Notes: generated from the sequence alone by a model not told the origin. A stretch of 64,000 bases of DNA from Candidatus Nomurabacteria bacterium RIFCSPLOWO2_01_FULL_42_17 (GCA_001785985.1 MFVE01000008.1:8751-72750), one strand, 5' to 3'. Shown: positions 49,069-58,152, counted from the stretch's first letter. A program made the numbers and translations.

Positions 49069-49141
49069 CCCAGTACTAAAATTTTAAATTGTTATTAATA
49101 TTGACCATTTGTTTTACTCAAAAATTTAGTACGGGACAGGT
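49065..49141 (-). mobile_element. 77-nt MITE-like element, copy 2
   Basis: Reverse complement ACCTGTCCCGTACTAAATTTTTGA...AAAATTTTAGTACTGGGATGG. Confidence 0.8.
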
Positions 49142-49144
49142 AAA

Positions 49145-49495
49145 TTATTTTAGATCAATAAACTTATAAATAATCTCTGTGGCTTTTTTTGTCGTTTCTT
49201 CATTATTTATTCCACGCGAGCGATTACCAGAGTTTGGTTTAATATTAACCATAGAATCAAATTCTAAAACTCCATCAGGATTTTCCTCAAAACGAATATT
49301 AAAACCCCACACATCTTCAAATTTTGAACCAGAAGCCGTCAGCATTTCTGAAGATTCAATATGATAATCCCCTCCCAAAGCAACTCGTCCAAGCTCGACA
49401 TCAACAGTGCCCTTAATCATCGTGCCATACCAAAAATCAGCCATTTTTTTTACTTCTTCCATGCTTATTTTATTATCTAAAATTTGTATCTTCAT
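49145..49495 (-). CDS. DUF5674-like protein
   Basis: IKG.VDVE, GGDYH, GS..EDVWGFN, FDSMVNIKP..NRSR. Confidence 0.7.
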   Translation of the reverse strand: MKIQILDNKISMEEVKKMADFWYGTMIKGTVDVELGRVALGGDYHIESSEMLTASGSKFEDVWGFNIRFEENPDGVLEFDSMVNIKPNSGNRSRGINNEETTKKATEIIYKFIDLK

Positions 49496-49501
49496 TTAAG
49501 T

Positions 49502-51610
49502 TTATTCTAAAATCTTCCGCAAGACATCTTCTGGAACTTCTTTTACTTTTTCAGCCTTAGGTTGACCAGCCTCGGGCTGGGGTTTTTGAGGTATAGAAAT
49601 GGGTAGAGGAGATGGCGCAGTTTTTGATGAAATTAAATCCTTCAATTTATTCATATCCTCCGAGCTCGCGGCGCGATCAGAGCCTGTGTGGATAGGCTTG
49701 GCAGAGACAGATTCTTTTATTTTTTCTTTTAGGGCATCAAGTGAAACAGGTGCTGGAACGGGTTCTTTTATCACTGATTTCTGTGGGGCAGCTCCGTCAC
49801 TAGTGATTTTATTTAGCACTTCTCGTAACGCTAAATTTTCCTCACCGGTGCGGGCAGGTTTCGGCTTTGGAGCTATGAAAACTTTTTTAATAGCCCCGAG
49901 AATCCCAGGTTTGGGATTGATATTAGAATGAATCGTATTTGAATGCGTACCTGCTCTAAAAGGAGGCTTAACCCATTTTTTATCTAGATGATGATCCTCC
50001 CTCTCTGGATATCTTTCTTTTTCTTCATCAATATTTTTTTCCTTTTTCTCGAATTCTATACCCAAATCGGCTAGTGGTTTGAAAAAAGTGACCTCATCAT
50101 GCTTGATCTGATTTTCGGAGCCTTTTTCTACCTTTACTTCGCCAGATTTTATTTTAGCGATGCAATCTTTGCAATAAACAGCTCGGCCCGGATCGGGTTT
50201 GAAGGGCACGGTCGTTTCTTTTTTGCAGAGCGAACAAATAGCTGGAAATTTTTCTAGATTTCCGCTTCCAGTGTCGGACTCGTTGCCGAGGGACATTCCG
50301 CTCCAATTATTGATCTCTCTCTCCACCACTTCTTTGCTCTTGCAGTAAAGGGCGCGCGAAGAACGGATCACTTCTTCTTCGATCTTTTTATCGCCGGACT
50401 TCACTAGAGGTGGCAAAGTTTTGGCGGAAAAGGGACGAGAAGTAACCCCGTCGATCATCAGCTTTAGATAAATTTTATAATTCGGCAAGTTTACTATGTC
50501 TTGCGGGGTGAATTCCGGGTCAAATTCGGGCTCTAAAAATTCTGCATCGTCCGCCCCAACCCGGAAAACTATCGTCGTACCAACGTTGCCGAAAACGGCG
50601 TCTCGCACAGCTGAACTTTTATCTACTACGAGCTGAGCAGTATATTGATGGGCTACGGTGAGGTTGAGTCTGTATTTTCTAGCTTCCGAAAGAATTCCGG
50701 CGAATGCGTCCGTCACGAAATTTTGAAATTCATCCACAAAAAGATAAAAATCTTTTCTACTTTCTTCGGGAATACGCACCCGTTCCATCGCCGCTAGCTG
50801 AATCTTGGTAATGATCATACCGCCCAGAAGCCCGGAATTGTCTTCACCAATGCGCCCTTTGGAAACGTTTACTAAAAAGATCTTGCCTTCGTTCATCATG
50901 TCAAAAATATTTATCGTGCTTTTGGATTGACCGACGACATTTCGAATGATGCTGGTGGAGAGAAATTGCCCGACTTTATTTTGAATCGGCGCGATTGCTT
51001 CGTTTCGAAATTTATCCTGCCAGGCCTCGTATTCGTGTATCCAGAAAGCCTTGATGACCGGATCTTTTAAATTAGAAATTATTTTTTGGCGGTAATCTTT
51101 GTCCACCAACATTCTGGGGATACCGAGGAGAGTCGTACCCGGAGTGTCGAGTAAGGCCAAAATCGCATTGTTTAAAATATATTCCATTCGAGCGCTCCAA
51201 GCATTCGCCCAAATTTTAGTAAAAATTCCCATCAGACCCGAAGCCACCAAATGTTTGTATTGCGGATCAATCAATTCTAAAACATTAAAGCCGATATGAT
51301 GATCTGCGTCGGCTGGATTGAAATAGACGACGTCTTTGACGCGCTCGGGTGGAATGGCCGACAGGACTGCTTCGACATTTTCTCCATGAGGGTCAACCAT
51401 GCAGACCCCATCTCCATTTTTGATATTCTGAATAATCATGTTGAACATCAAAGCCGATTTACCTGTGCCGGACTTTCCAAGAATATAAACATGCTGACGC
51501 CTGTCTTTGCGCTTGATGCCAAAAAGCTGATTCCTGTCGCGATAAGTGCTGACTCCGAGATAGGTAATCTCCTTATTCTGAGGTATTTGGGGTATTTCTG
51601 GCAGATCCAT
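49502..51610 (-). CDS. VirD4/TraG/HerA-like ATPase, paralog 2, with CxxC-x17-CxxC domain and low-complexity tail
   Basis: GKSGTGKS, DPHG, VDEFQNF, CSLC...VPFKP...VYCKDC. Confidence 0.85.
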   Translation of the reverse strand: MDLPEIPQIPQNKEITYLGVSTYRDRNQLFGIKRKDRRQHVYILGKSGTGKSALMFNMIIQNIKNGDGVCMVDPHGENVEAVLSAIPPERVKDVVYFNPADADHHIGFNVLELIDPQYKHLVASGLMGIFTKIWANAWSARMEYILNNAILALLDTPGTTLLGIPRMLVDKDYRQKIISNLKDPVIKAFWIHEYEAWQDKFRNEAIAPIQNKVGQFLSTSIIRNVVGQSKSTINIFDMMNEGKIFLVNVSKGRIGEDNSGLLGGMIITKIQLAAMERVRIPEESRKDFYLFVDEFQNFVTDAFAGILSEARKYRLNLTVAHQYTAQLVVDKSSAVRDAVFGNVGTTIVFRVGADDAEFLEPEFDPEFTPQDIVNLPNYKIYLKLMIDGVTSRPFSAKTLPPLVKSGDKKIEEEVIRSSRALYCKSKEVVEREINNWSGMSLGNESDTGSGNLEKFPAICSLCKKETTVPFKPDPGRAVYCKDCIAKIKSGEVKVEKGSENQIKHDEVTFFKPLADLGIEFEKKEKNIDEEKERYPEREDHHLDKKWVKPPFRAGTHSNTIHSNINPKPGILGAIKKVFIAPKPKPARTGEENLALREVLNKITSDGAAPQKSVIKEPVPAPVSLDALKEKIKESVSAKPIHTGSDRAASSEDMNKLKDLISSKTAPSPLPISIPQKPQPEAGQPKAEKVKEVPEDVLRKILE
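49551..49580 (+). repeat. Family C double hairpin, in frame (antisense orientation)
   Basis: TCAGCC-TTA-GGTTGA + CCAGCC-TCG-GGCTGG; encodes QPEAGQPKAE on the minus strand. Confidence 0.8.
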
Positions 51611-51687
51611 ATAATGCTATTTTACAATAAAATGGCTCTTTGCGCTAATTTAACTTGACTTTTGTCTAACTTTAGAATACACTGGGA

Positions 51688-51747
51688 GTGTAAATGCTTT
51701 CCTTGTCGAAAGCTCCGAGAAACCCCCGAAAGGGGGTTTCGTATTTT
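51688..51747 (+). ncRNA. Candidate ~60-nt small RNA
   Basis: TTGACT-17-TACACT (51655-51683), then GAAACCCCC-GAAA-GGGGGTTTC-GTATTTT. Confidence 0.35.
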
Positions 51748-51788
51748 ATAAAATACTCCCGCCCCCGGAGGGGCTTTTAGGAAAAATT

Positions 51789-53699
51789 TTATTTCTTCGG
51801 CGCCTCGCCTTCAGGCTTCTCTCCTTCTTTGAATTCCGCATCTTTTACTTCCGCTGGTTGCTCTTCTGGAGCTCCGGCTGGAGGAGTAGTCGTACCACCA
51901 GCCTTTTGTATTGCTTCCCCTATTTTGGACATTTCAGCCGAAAGTTCTTCGGTCGCTTTTTTGATTGCCTCTCCATCCGTGCCATCTTTAGTAGTTTTGA
52001 GCGCGGTAATTTTCATATTGACGCTGTCTTTTAATTCCGCCGGAATTTTAGCTTCGTTATCTTTCAACGCCTTTTCAGCGGTATAAATAATCATCTCTGC
52101 GGTATTTTTCACATCCACCACATCTTTTTTCTTTTTATCTTCCTCAGCGTGCATTTCCGCGTCTTTCTGCATTTTTTTAATTTCCTCATCTTTGAGTCCA
52201 GAGCTTGCTTCTATTTTGATCGATTGAGTCTTGCCAGAAGCTTTGTCTTTCGCCGTGACATTCAAGATTCCATTCGCATCCACATCGAAGGAAACCTCGA
52301 TCTGCGGCATACCGCGAGGCGCTGGTGGAACTCCGTCTAAAATAAATCTTCCTAAAGATCGGTTGTCAGACGCCATCGGACGTTCTCCTTGAACTATATG
52401 GATCTCTACGCTAGTCTGATTGTCAGCAGCCGTAGAAAAGACTTGAGACTTGCTGGACGGAATGGTCGTATTCCTCTCGATTAATTTGGTCGCCACTCCT
52501 CCGAGCGTTTCGATGCCGAGAGAAAGAGGAATGACATCGAGCAAGAGAACATCGCGCACATCTCCGGCGAGTACGCCGGCCTGCACCGCCGCGCCGAGCG
52601 CCACCACTTCGTCCGGATTGATAGACATATTCGGCTCTTTGCCGAAAAGATTTTTCACTGCCTGCACAATCGCCGGCATTCTGGTTTGTCCGCCCACCAT
52701 GATGATTTCATTTATTTCTTCCATTTTGAAAGGTGAAGCCGCTAGTGCCCTCTTGGTGATCTCAATCGAACGATCAATCAGATCTTTCGTGAGAGATTCA
52801 AGTGTGGCACGAGACATCTTCATCAATAAATGCTTCGGTCCTCCAGCATCCGAAGTGATGAAAGGAATATTTATTTCTGATTCAATGGTTGTAGAGAGTT
52901 CATGCTTTGCTTTTTCCGCAGCCTCACGAAGTCTCTGATGAGCAAGCGGATCTTTAGTTACATCAATGCCAGATTCTTTTTTATATTCTTCCGCAATCCA
53001 CTTCACTATCTTTCGATCAATATCGCCTCCGCCCATGTGACTGTCGCCATCTATAGATTTAACCTCAATAACATCACTGCCTATCTCGAGCACGGACACG
53101 TCAAAAGTTCCTCCACCAAAATCATAAACCACAATCTTTTCATTTTTCTTTTTATCAAATCCATAAGCGAGCGCGGCAGCCGTCGGCTCGTTTATAATTC
53201 TTTTTACATCTAATCCCGCGATCGCTCCGGCATCCTTGGTCGCTTTTCTTTGCGCATCATTAAAATACGCCGGCACGGTGATAACCGCTTCGGTTATTTT
53301 CTCTCCGAGCTTTGCTTCCACATCTGTCTTTATTTTTTGCAAAATCATCGCAGAAATTTCTTCCGGTCGGTAAAATTTATCTGTCATTTTAACTTTCACT
53401 CCGCCGCCATCGCCTGCTTCTATTTTAAACGGCGCGGTTCCGCGGTCTTTTTGCACTTCCGGATCGTCAAAACGATGCCCCATCAGACGCTTAATTTCCG
53501 CAATTGTATTTTCTGGATTTGTAATTGCTTGCCTTCTAGCTAAAAGCCCGACAATCCGATCGCCATTTTTTGCAGTCGCCACCACCGAAGGCGTCGTGCG
53601 ATTACCTTCAATATTTTCAATAATCTTCGGCGCGCCTCCTTCGATGACAGCGACCGCTGAATTTGTTGTACCCAAATCTATACCTATTATTTTTGCCAT
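51789..53699 (-). CDS. dnaK: Chaperone DnaK
   Basis: [30 protein letters not shown]. Confidence 0.98.
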   Translation of the reverse strand: MAKIIGIDLGTTNSAVAVIEGGAPKIIENIEGNRTTPSVVATAKNGDRIVGLLARRQAITNPENTIAEIKRLMGHRFDDPEVQKDRGTAPFKIEAGDGGGVKVKMTDKFYRPEEISAMILQKIKTDVEAKLGEKITEAVITVPAYFNDAQRKATKDAGAIAGLDVKRIINEPTAAALAYGFDKKKNEKIVVYDFGGGTFDVSVLEIGSDVIEVKSIDGDSHMGGGDIDRKIVKWIAEEYKKESGIDVTKDPLAHQRLREAAEKAKHELSTTIESEINIPFITSDAGGPKHLLMKMSRATLESLTKDLIDRSIEITKRALAASPFKMEEINEIIMVGGQTRMPAIVQAVKNLFGKEPNMSINPDEVVALGAAVQAGVLAGDVRDVLLLDVIPLSLGIETLGGVATKLIERNTTIPSSKSQVFSTAADNQTSVEIHIVQGERPMASDNRSLGRFILDGVPPAPRGMPQIEVSFDVDANGILNVTAKDKASGKTQSIKIEASSGLKDEEIKKMQKDAEMHAEEDKKKKDVVDVKNTAEMIIYTAEKALKDNEAKIPAELKDSVNMKITALKTTKDGTDGEAIKKATEELSAEMSKIGEAIQKAGGTTTPPAGAPEEQPAEVKDAEFKEGEKPEGEAPKK

Positions 53700-53734
53700 A
53701 TGTTTTATTTTATTAACTAATAAATTTATTAATT

Positions 53735-53857
53735 TTAAAAAATCAACGCTCCCAAAACGAAACCAACTATAAACCAAAAGATAATGAGCCTAGTTCCTGT
53801 TTTTTCTAATAATCTTTTTTGTTCTGCTAACGTATCATTTACATTTTTTTCGTACAT
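53735..53857 (-). CDS. 40-aa tail-anchored membrane peptide (not in ORF track)
   Basis: [40 protein letters not shown]. Confidence 0.55.
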   Translation of the reverse strand: MYEKNVNDTLAEQKRLLEKTGTRLIIFWFIVGFVLGALIF

Positions 53858-53876
53858 ATATTTTATATAAAATTAA

Positions 53877-54167
53877 TTAATAATTATTTAAATTTAATTT
53901 AACTACGAACCAACTAACAATAATGCTAATAATTATCGGTATTAATAAATTCCATATTGTTTTTGGTAACCAAGATTCTCTTTTATCGATTAAAAAATTT
54001 CTTTTATGCTCTAAAATTTCTAATCTATGAACTAATGGTTTTTTTGCTTGGTCAAATTGCCCATCAAGGATTGATTGAGGTATGGGTTTACGCAATTTGT
54101 TGGGCAAATCAAAAATCTCCTCCTTTATTTCTAATATTTCTTTTTCAATTTTATAGAACTTACTCAT
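53877..54167 (-). CDS. Hypothetical protein with C-terminal TM
   Basis: 96 aa; TATAAT 8 nt upstream. Confidence 0.6.
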   Translation of the reverse strand: MSKFYKIEKEILEIKEEIFDLPNKLRKPIPQSILDGQFDQAKKPLVHRLEILEHKRNFLIDKRESWLPKTIWNLLIPIIISIIVSWFVVKLNLNNY

Positions 54168-54269
54168 ACGCGATAATTATATACCCATCTTTAATTTTTA
54201 GCAAGTTTTTCGTGACCACGAAATACTTGTCAAAAGTTAGTACATAGTATAAGATATAACATGTCAACT

Positions 54270-54290
54270 TGTGGAGGACGGTCCTTCACA
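54270..54290. repeat. RAYT-2 palindrome, upstream copy abutting the -10 box
   Basis: TGTGGAGGAC-G-GTCCTTCACA followed by TATGAT-6-ATG. Confidence 0.9.
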
Positions 54291-54475
54291 GTATGATATA
54301 AATATGCAACGACCTCATACATTTTCTATCGACGAGTACTATCATTTATATAATCGCGGAACTGACAAGAGATCTATTTTTCTAGATGTTAATGATTATC
54401 ATCGATTTATTATGCTTCTCTATCTTTGTAATACAATCGAGCCATTTGATATGCAAAAGATTTTCCGCACTAACG

Positions 54476-54494
54476 GTGAAGGACCGTCCTTCAC
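54476..54494. repeat. RAYT-2 palindrome inside the transposase ORF
   Basis: GTGAAGGAC-C-GTCCTTCAC; encodes GEGPSFT (aa 58-64). Confidence 0.92.
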
Positions 54495-55000
54495 AGAAAT
54501 ATTTAAACTTCATCGAGGTCAGCCCATTATTTCCATAGGCACCTGGGTACTCATGCCAAATCATTTTCATCTATTGGTAAAAGAAATAGCTGAAGGAGGA
54601 ATCACGACATTCATGCGAAAAGTGAATACTGGATATTCAATGTATTTTAATAAAAAATATGGGAGAACGGGAAATCTATTTCAGGGAAAATTTAAATCAG
54701 AACATGCCGATAATGATAATTATCTTAAGTATCTTTTTTCATATATCCATCTTAATCCAATAAAATTAATCAGAGGCGAGGATAACTGGAAAGAAGTTGG
54801 AATTACAAATCTAAATAATGCAAAAGATTTTTTATCTAAATATGAATACTCAAGTCTGCCTAGTTATCTAACTATAAAGACTAATTTTAACAAAATTATT
54901 CAGAAAGATTTATTCCCTGAATATTTTCCTGATCCAAATAATATATGGGATGATATGACAGAATGGCTTACTTCTAAAAAAGAACCCGAAGAAAAAATTA

Positions 55001-55019
55001 TGAAGGACGGTCCTTCACA
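55001..55019. repeat. RAYT-2 palindrome at the transposase C-terminus
   Basis: TGAAGGAC-G-GTCCTTCACA; encodes MKDGPSQ. Confidence 0.9.
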
Positions 55020-55030
55020 GAAATAAAAAA

Positions 55031-55558
55031 ATGAAAAACAAAAAACAGAATTACAAAGAAAAAATATTAAATTTATTGTCGGAAAGAACTGCAGTCTCTT
55101 TTACTGAGATTAATAGATTCGTGAAGGACGGTCCTTCACAGAAATACGCTGTAACCCGTTCAATAAAGGGCTTGAAGGAGGCTGGACTAATAGAACAAAT
55201 AGCATCTCCGCAAAACGAATACGCTCGTTTGACAAAAGAGGGGCAAAAAAAAGTACATATTTTAAAATTAGATAGTGATACGACACTGGTGAATACCACT
55301 TGGGATGGATTTTGGAGAATTATTTTGATAGATCTGCCAGAAGACAGAAAAAGTGAACGCGAAAGTCTACGTTACCTTCTAAAAAAAGCCGGCTTCGTCT
55401 GCTTGAAGAATTCTGCTTGGATCTCCCCTTTCCCCTTTGAACATTTGTTCACGAATATAAAAAAAGACTTGGGACTAAGAGAAGAAATGATGATCATTGT
55501 CACCGAATTTGTGGACGAAGAGACAAAAAAATTTCTATTTGAAACTTTCGGGAAATAA
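55031..55558 (+). CDS. PaaX-like regulator (wHTH plus Cas2-like fold)
   Basis: RLTKEG, WDGFWRII..DLPE..R..LR..L...GF..L.NSAWISP. Confidence 0.8.
   Translation: MKNKKQNYKEKILNLLSERTAVSFTEINRFVKDGPSQKYAVTRSIKGLKEAGLIEQIASPQNEYARLTKEGQKKVHILKLDSDTTLVNTTWDGFWRIILIDLPEDRKSERESLRYLLKKAGFVCLKNSAWISPFPFEHLFTNIKKDLGLREEMMIIVTEFVDEETKKFLFETFGK
55121..55139. repeat. RAYT-2 palindrome in frame in the PaaX-like gene
   Basis: GTGAAGGAC-G-GTCCTTCAC; encodes VKDGPSQ. Confidence 0.92.
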
Positions 55559-55601
55559 ACTAATTTACTATTATTATGCTATAGCATTATTATAGTAAAT
55601 T

Positions 55602-57308
55602 TTAATAAACCTCTTGCTGATAGCATTTTTCACAATAAATTATTGGGGAATATTTTTCATCATAAACTGTTTCGACTTCGGTCTCGCATTTTGAACATTG
55701 ACGTTTAATGGTGCAAAGCGGCGGACGTTTTTGCAAACGACGAGTATGTCTGACATCAAAACAAACTCGCGGAAGTGGCAAATCCATTCTGCGATAAAAA
55801 GAAAGTTCGTTAGAAGTAATACGAAAAGCTCCCGTAGAATACGGCTGATCTTTTTCGGCGCACTCAATAATTTCATTCAAAATAGAATCATCGACTTCTG
55901 CTATTGTTTCCGGTAAATCAGAACTTTTGATGGTGGTCGTATAATTTTTCTTTTCTTTCTCTTTCCAGCTGTATCCCCTTTTCAGCGCTTCCGTCTTAGA
56001 AAGTGGATAAAAATCTATCGCCGCAGTTTCATTATAGGCAAACGAAGACAAATCGGCAGGGAAAAACTCTCCATATCCATAGGATTTTCCTGTTTTATCT
56101 ACATATGGCATATCCTGCATATGCTTGATGATTTTTGGCAACAATACCTCATATTCTTCCTTCGTATATTTTTTATTTAAAATAGAATACTCGCCCTTCT
56201 TCAAACCTATGCATCCAAAGCAGTATCTAGAACTTGGACAAGAATCACAGTAGTATAGATCATGGGCGCCAGTCCAACATTGTGAACAGAAAAAAATTCT
56301 TGAATCGTTTATGCCACAATTTGCTGATTCATAAATAAGTTCAGAAGAATCGCCCCACTGGAAATGATCCATGCAGTCCTGTTCGTTGAATGCGAAATAA
56401 ATATATTTGCAATCCTTTAAATTCATACAGCCGAAAGAATTTTTAACATTTTCACAATTAAGAAACCAATTACCCGAAACTTTATTTGATTTTAAAGACA
56501 TAATTGCTCTCTCTGGAAACTTCTTCCTAAATTCATTAAATTTAACATCCATCATGACAATACCTGAATCAGTATTCAATTCAAACTCTTTGAGTTTTTC
56601 AAAATATTCTTCTTTGGTGTATTGCTTATTGAAAATACAAAATTGTTTATTAACCAAATTAACACAGCCAATGCAGTCAGAGCAATTTCGACAAGCGTAT
56701 AAAAATATAGAATCACGACACTCAGCGCATTCTTGAGAAAATCTGGTTTTATAACATTTATTGCAATCTATACATTCGTAGCATAGCTCGCAATGGTTCA
56801 CGTTAAAACAATCTACACAATTTTTCACATTTCGAGCCGTATAAGTATATAGCGAATCTTCACAATCCGAAGCTCGGAAAACCATATAACAATTCTTTAA
56901 ATCGTGCACTCTATGTGTGTATTCACTATTGATAGAAAAACCCTGGCGGACAAGTGCCATGCGCGGAACTTTATTAAATAATTCTTGAAATTGTGAAAAA
57001 AATGGCCGAGAAAAATCGTATTCTTGGCCATATTGATACGGATCCCATTCATCAGAGTAAAATTCTTTGGTTTCGTAGACCGGAAAAGGCGCTTCGGGTG
57101 GATACATACTAAAAATATCTTGCCCGCTCAAGTCAGACTTTCTTTTGTAAAATACTCGCTCATTGGCACCCACCATGCGTCGCACTGACCGGCACTCTGG
57201 ACAAAAAGTTGGTGGCGGGACTTTTATTTTTTCATAAAAAGAAAAATCATCCAGTTCGATGGTGAAATCTTTTTTACAATTTTGACAATTTTTTGTTTCG
57301 TTTTGCAT
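55602..57308 (-). CDS. CPR-type large Cys-rich protein, paralog 2
   Basis: CQNC, KVPPPTFCPECR, CxxC-rich core, YCEKCYQQEVY. Confidence 0.8.
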   Translation of the reverse strand: MQNETKNCQNCKKDFTIELDDFSFYEKIKVPPPTFCPECRSVRRMVGANERVFYKRKSDLSGQDIFSMYPPEAPFPVYETKEFYSDEWDPYQYGQEYDFSRPFFSQFQELFNKVPRMALVRQGFSINSEYTHRVHDLKNCYMVFRASDCEDSLYTYTARNVKNCVDCFNVNHCELCYECIDCNKCYKTRFSQECAECRDSIFLYACRNCSDCIGCVNLVNKQFCIFNKQYTKEEYFEKLKEFELNTDSGIVMMDVKFNEFRKKFPERAIMSLKSNKVSGNWFLNCENVKNSFGCMNLKDCKYIYFAFNEQDCMDHFQWGDSSELIYESANCGINDSRIFFCSQCWTGAHDLYYCDSCPSSRYCFGCIGLKKGEYSILNKKYTKEEYEVLLPKIIKHMQDMPYVDKTGKSYGYGEFFPADLSSFAYNETAAIDFYPLSKTEALKRGYSWKEKEKKNYTTTIKSSDLPETIAEVDDSILNEIIECAEKDQPYSTGAFRITSNELSFYRRMDLPLPRVCFDVRHTRRLQKRPPLCTIKRQCSKCETEVETVYDEKYSPIIYCEKCYQQEVY

Positions 57309-57340
57309 TCTATAATTCTATAGAATATTAGAATAGATTT

Positions 57341-57964
57341 TTATTCTCTATACTCATACACATTCACTCGCGCTGGGCGCATCACTCTATCGCCCAACTT
57401 GTAGCCTTTTTGAATTACACTTGAAACTGCATGATCGAGTTCCTTTTTATCGGTTGCCATCAATTCCATGGACTGATGAATGTTAGGATCAAACTTTTCC
57501 CCTACTTCGCCTATAGGTTTCACTCCATATTCTTCAAAAACTGTATTCATCTGTCCGTAGATATATTCCACACCGCGTCTCCAATTCTCATCCACTTTCT
57601 CCCATGCCTCACGGTTAGCGAAAGCCATATTGAAACTATCCACCACCGATAGAAAACGGGTCAAAATCCGCTCGCGCATTGATTCGGAAAACATCGCTTT
57701 GCGATCATCCTCGCCTTTTTTGTAATTGGCAAATTCCGCCCGCTCCTTCTGCCAGCCAGTAAGATATTCTTCCTTCTCCTTTTTGCACGCTTTCAAATCT
57801 TCCCTAAATTTCTTTAGAGTCTTTTTTAAATCTTCTTCCCCATCTTCATTGAATTCAAATTCCAAAACTTCAGAATCAGTTTCTGGAACTATATTTTCAG
57901 GATCTTTTTTAATTTCCCCGCCTGCATCGTTATGCGAAGCATTGCGGGCAGGTTCATCAGACAT
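57341..57964 (-). CDS. grpE: Nucleotide exchange factor GrpE with a 12-codon insert
   Basis: RAEFANYKK, FDPNIH, QKGY.L.DRV.RPARV. Confidence 0.95.
   Translation of the reverse strand: MSDEPARNASHNDAGGEIKKDPENIVPETDSEVLEFEFNEDGEEDLKKTLKKFREDLKACKKEKEEYLTGWQKERAEFANYKKGEDDRKAMFSESMRERILTRFLSVVDSFNMAFANREAWEKVDENWRRGVEYIYGQMNTVFEEYGVKPIGEVGEKFDPNIHQSMELMATDKKELDHAVSSVIQKGYKLGDRVMRPARVNVYEYRE
57917..57952 (-). repeat. Family A mini-palindrome, in frame in grpE (36 nt)
   Basis: CCTGCCCGCAATGCTTCGCATAACGATGCAGGCGGG = PARNASHNDAGG. Confidence 0.92.
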
Positions 57965-57982
57965 AAATGCATTTTAGCACAA

Positions 57983-58008
57983 AAAATCCCCTTCGGAAAG
58001 GGGATTTT
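57983..58008. terminator. Terminator-like hairpin
   Basis: AAAATCCCCTT-CGGA-AAGGGGATTTT. Confidence 0.65.
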
Positions 58009-58121
58009 AATTAACGTTTGCGGCCACAACTCTCATCCTCGCCGTCGCTCGGACTCGGTCGCAGCCCCCGCCTCGCTTTTACTCACTGCTGTTCGTAATA
58101 GAGCTCCGGCCGAGCAAGCGG

Positions 58122-58147
58122 AAAGAAAAAGCCGGCGCAGGCCGGCT
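58122..58147 (-). terminator. Terminator of the ribosomal operon
   Basis: AGCCGGC-CTGC-GCCGGCT followed by a T tract on the minus strand. Confidence 0.7.
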
Positions 58148-58152
58148 GTTTT

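Larger units (their letters stand above)
54304..55026 (+). mobile_element. REP-associated tyrosine (HUH/Y1) transposase, RAYT-2
   Basis: YYHLYNRG, LMPNHFH, YSMYFN, GNLFQGKFKS, YIHLNP. Confidence 0.92.

Noticed and set aside
45525-51610. Conjugative element or ICE
   Set aside because: VirD4-like ATPases only; no relaxase, VirB genes, integrase or att sites seen
54271-54303. GTG start at 54271 for RAYT-2
   Set aside because: The GTG lies within the upstream palindrome; ATG 54304 follows TATGAT at 6 nt and aligns with the RAYT-1 start
55031-55558. Cas2/CRISPR system
   Set aside because: The Cas2-like fold belongs to a PaaX-type protein; no cas1 is present and the 19-bp palindromes are irregularly spaced, not a repeat-spacer array
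57965-58010. CIRCE element before grpE
   Set aside because: Only TTAGCAC is present, without the GAGTGCTAA arm; better explained as the extended -10 TGCTAAAAT on the minus strand
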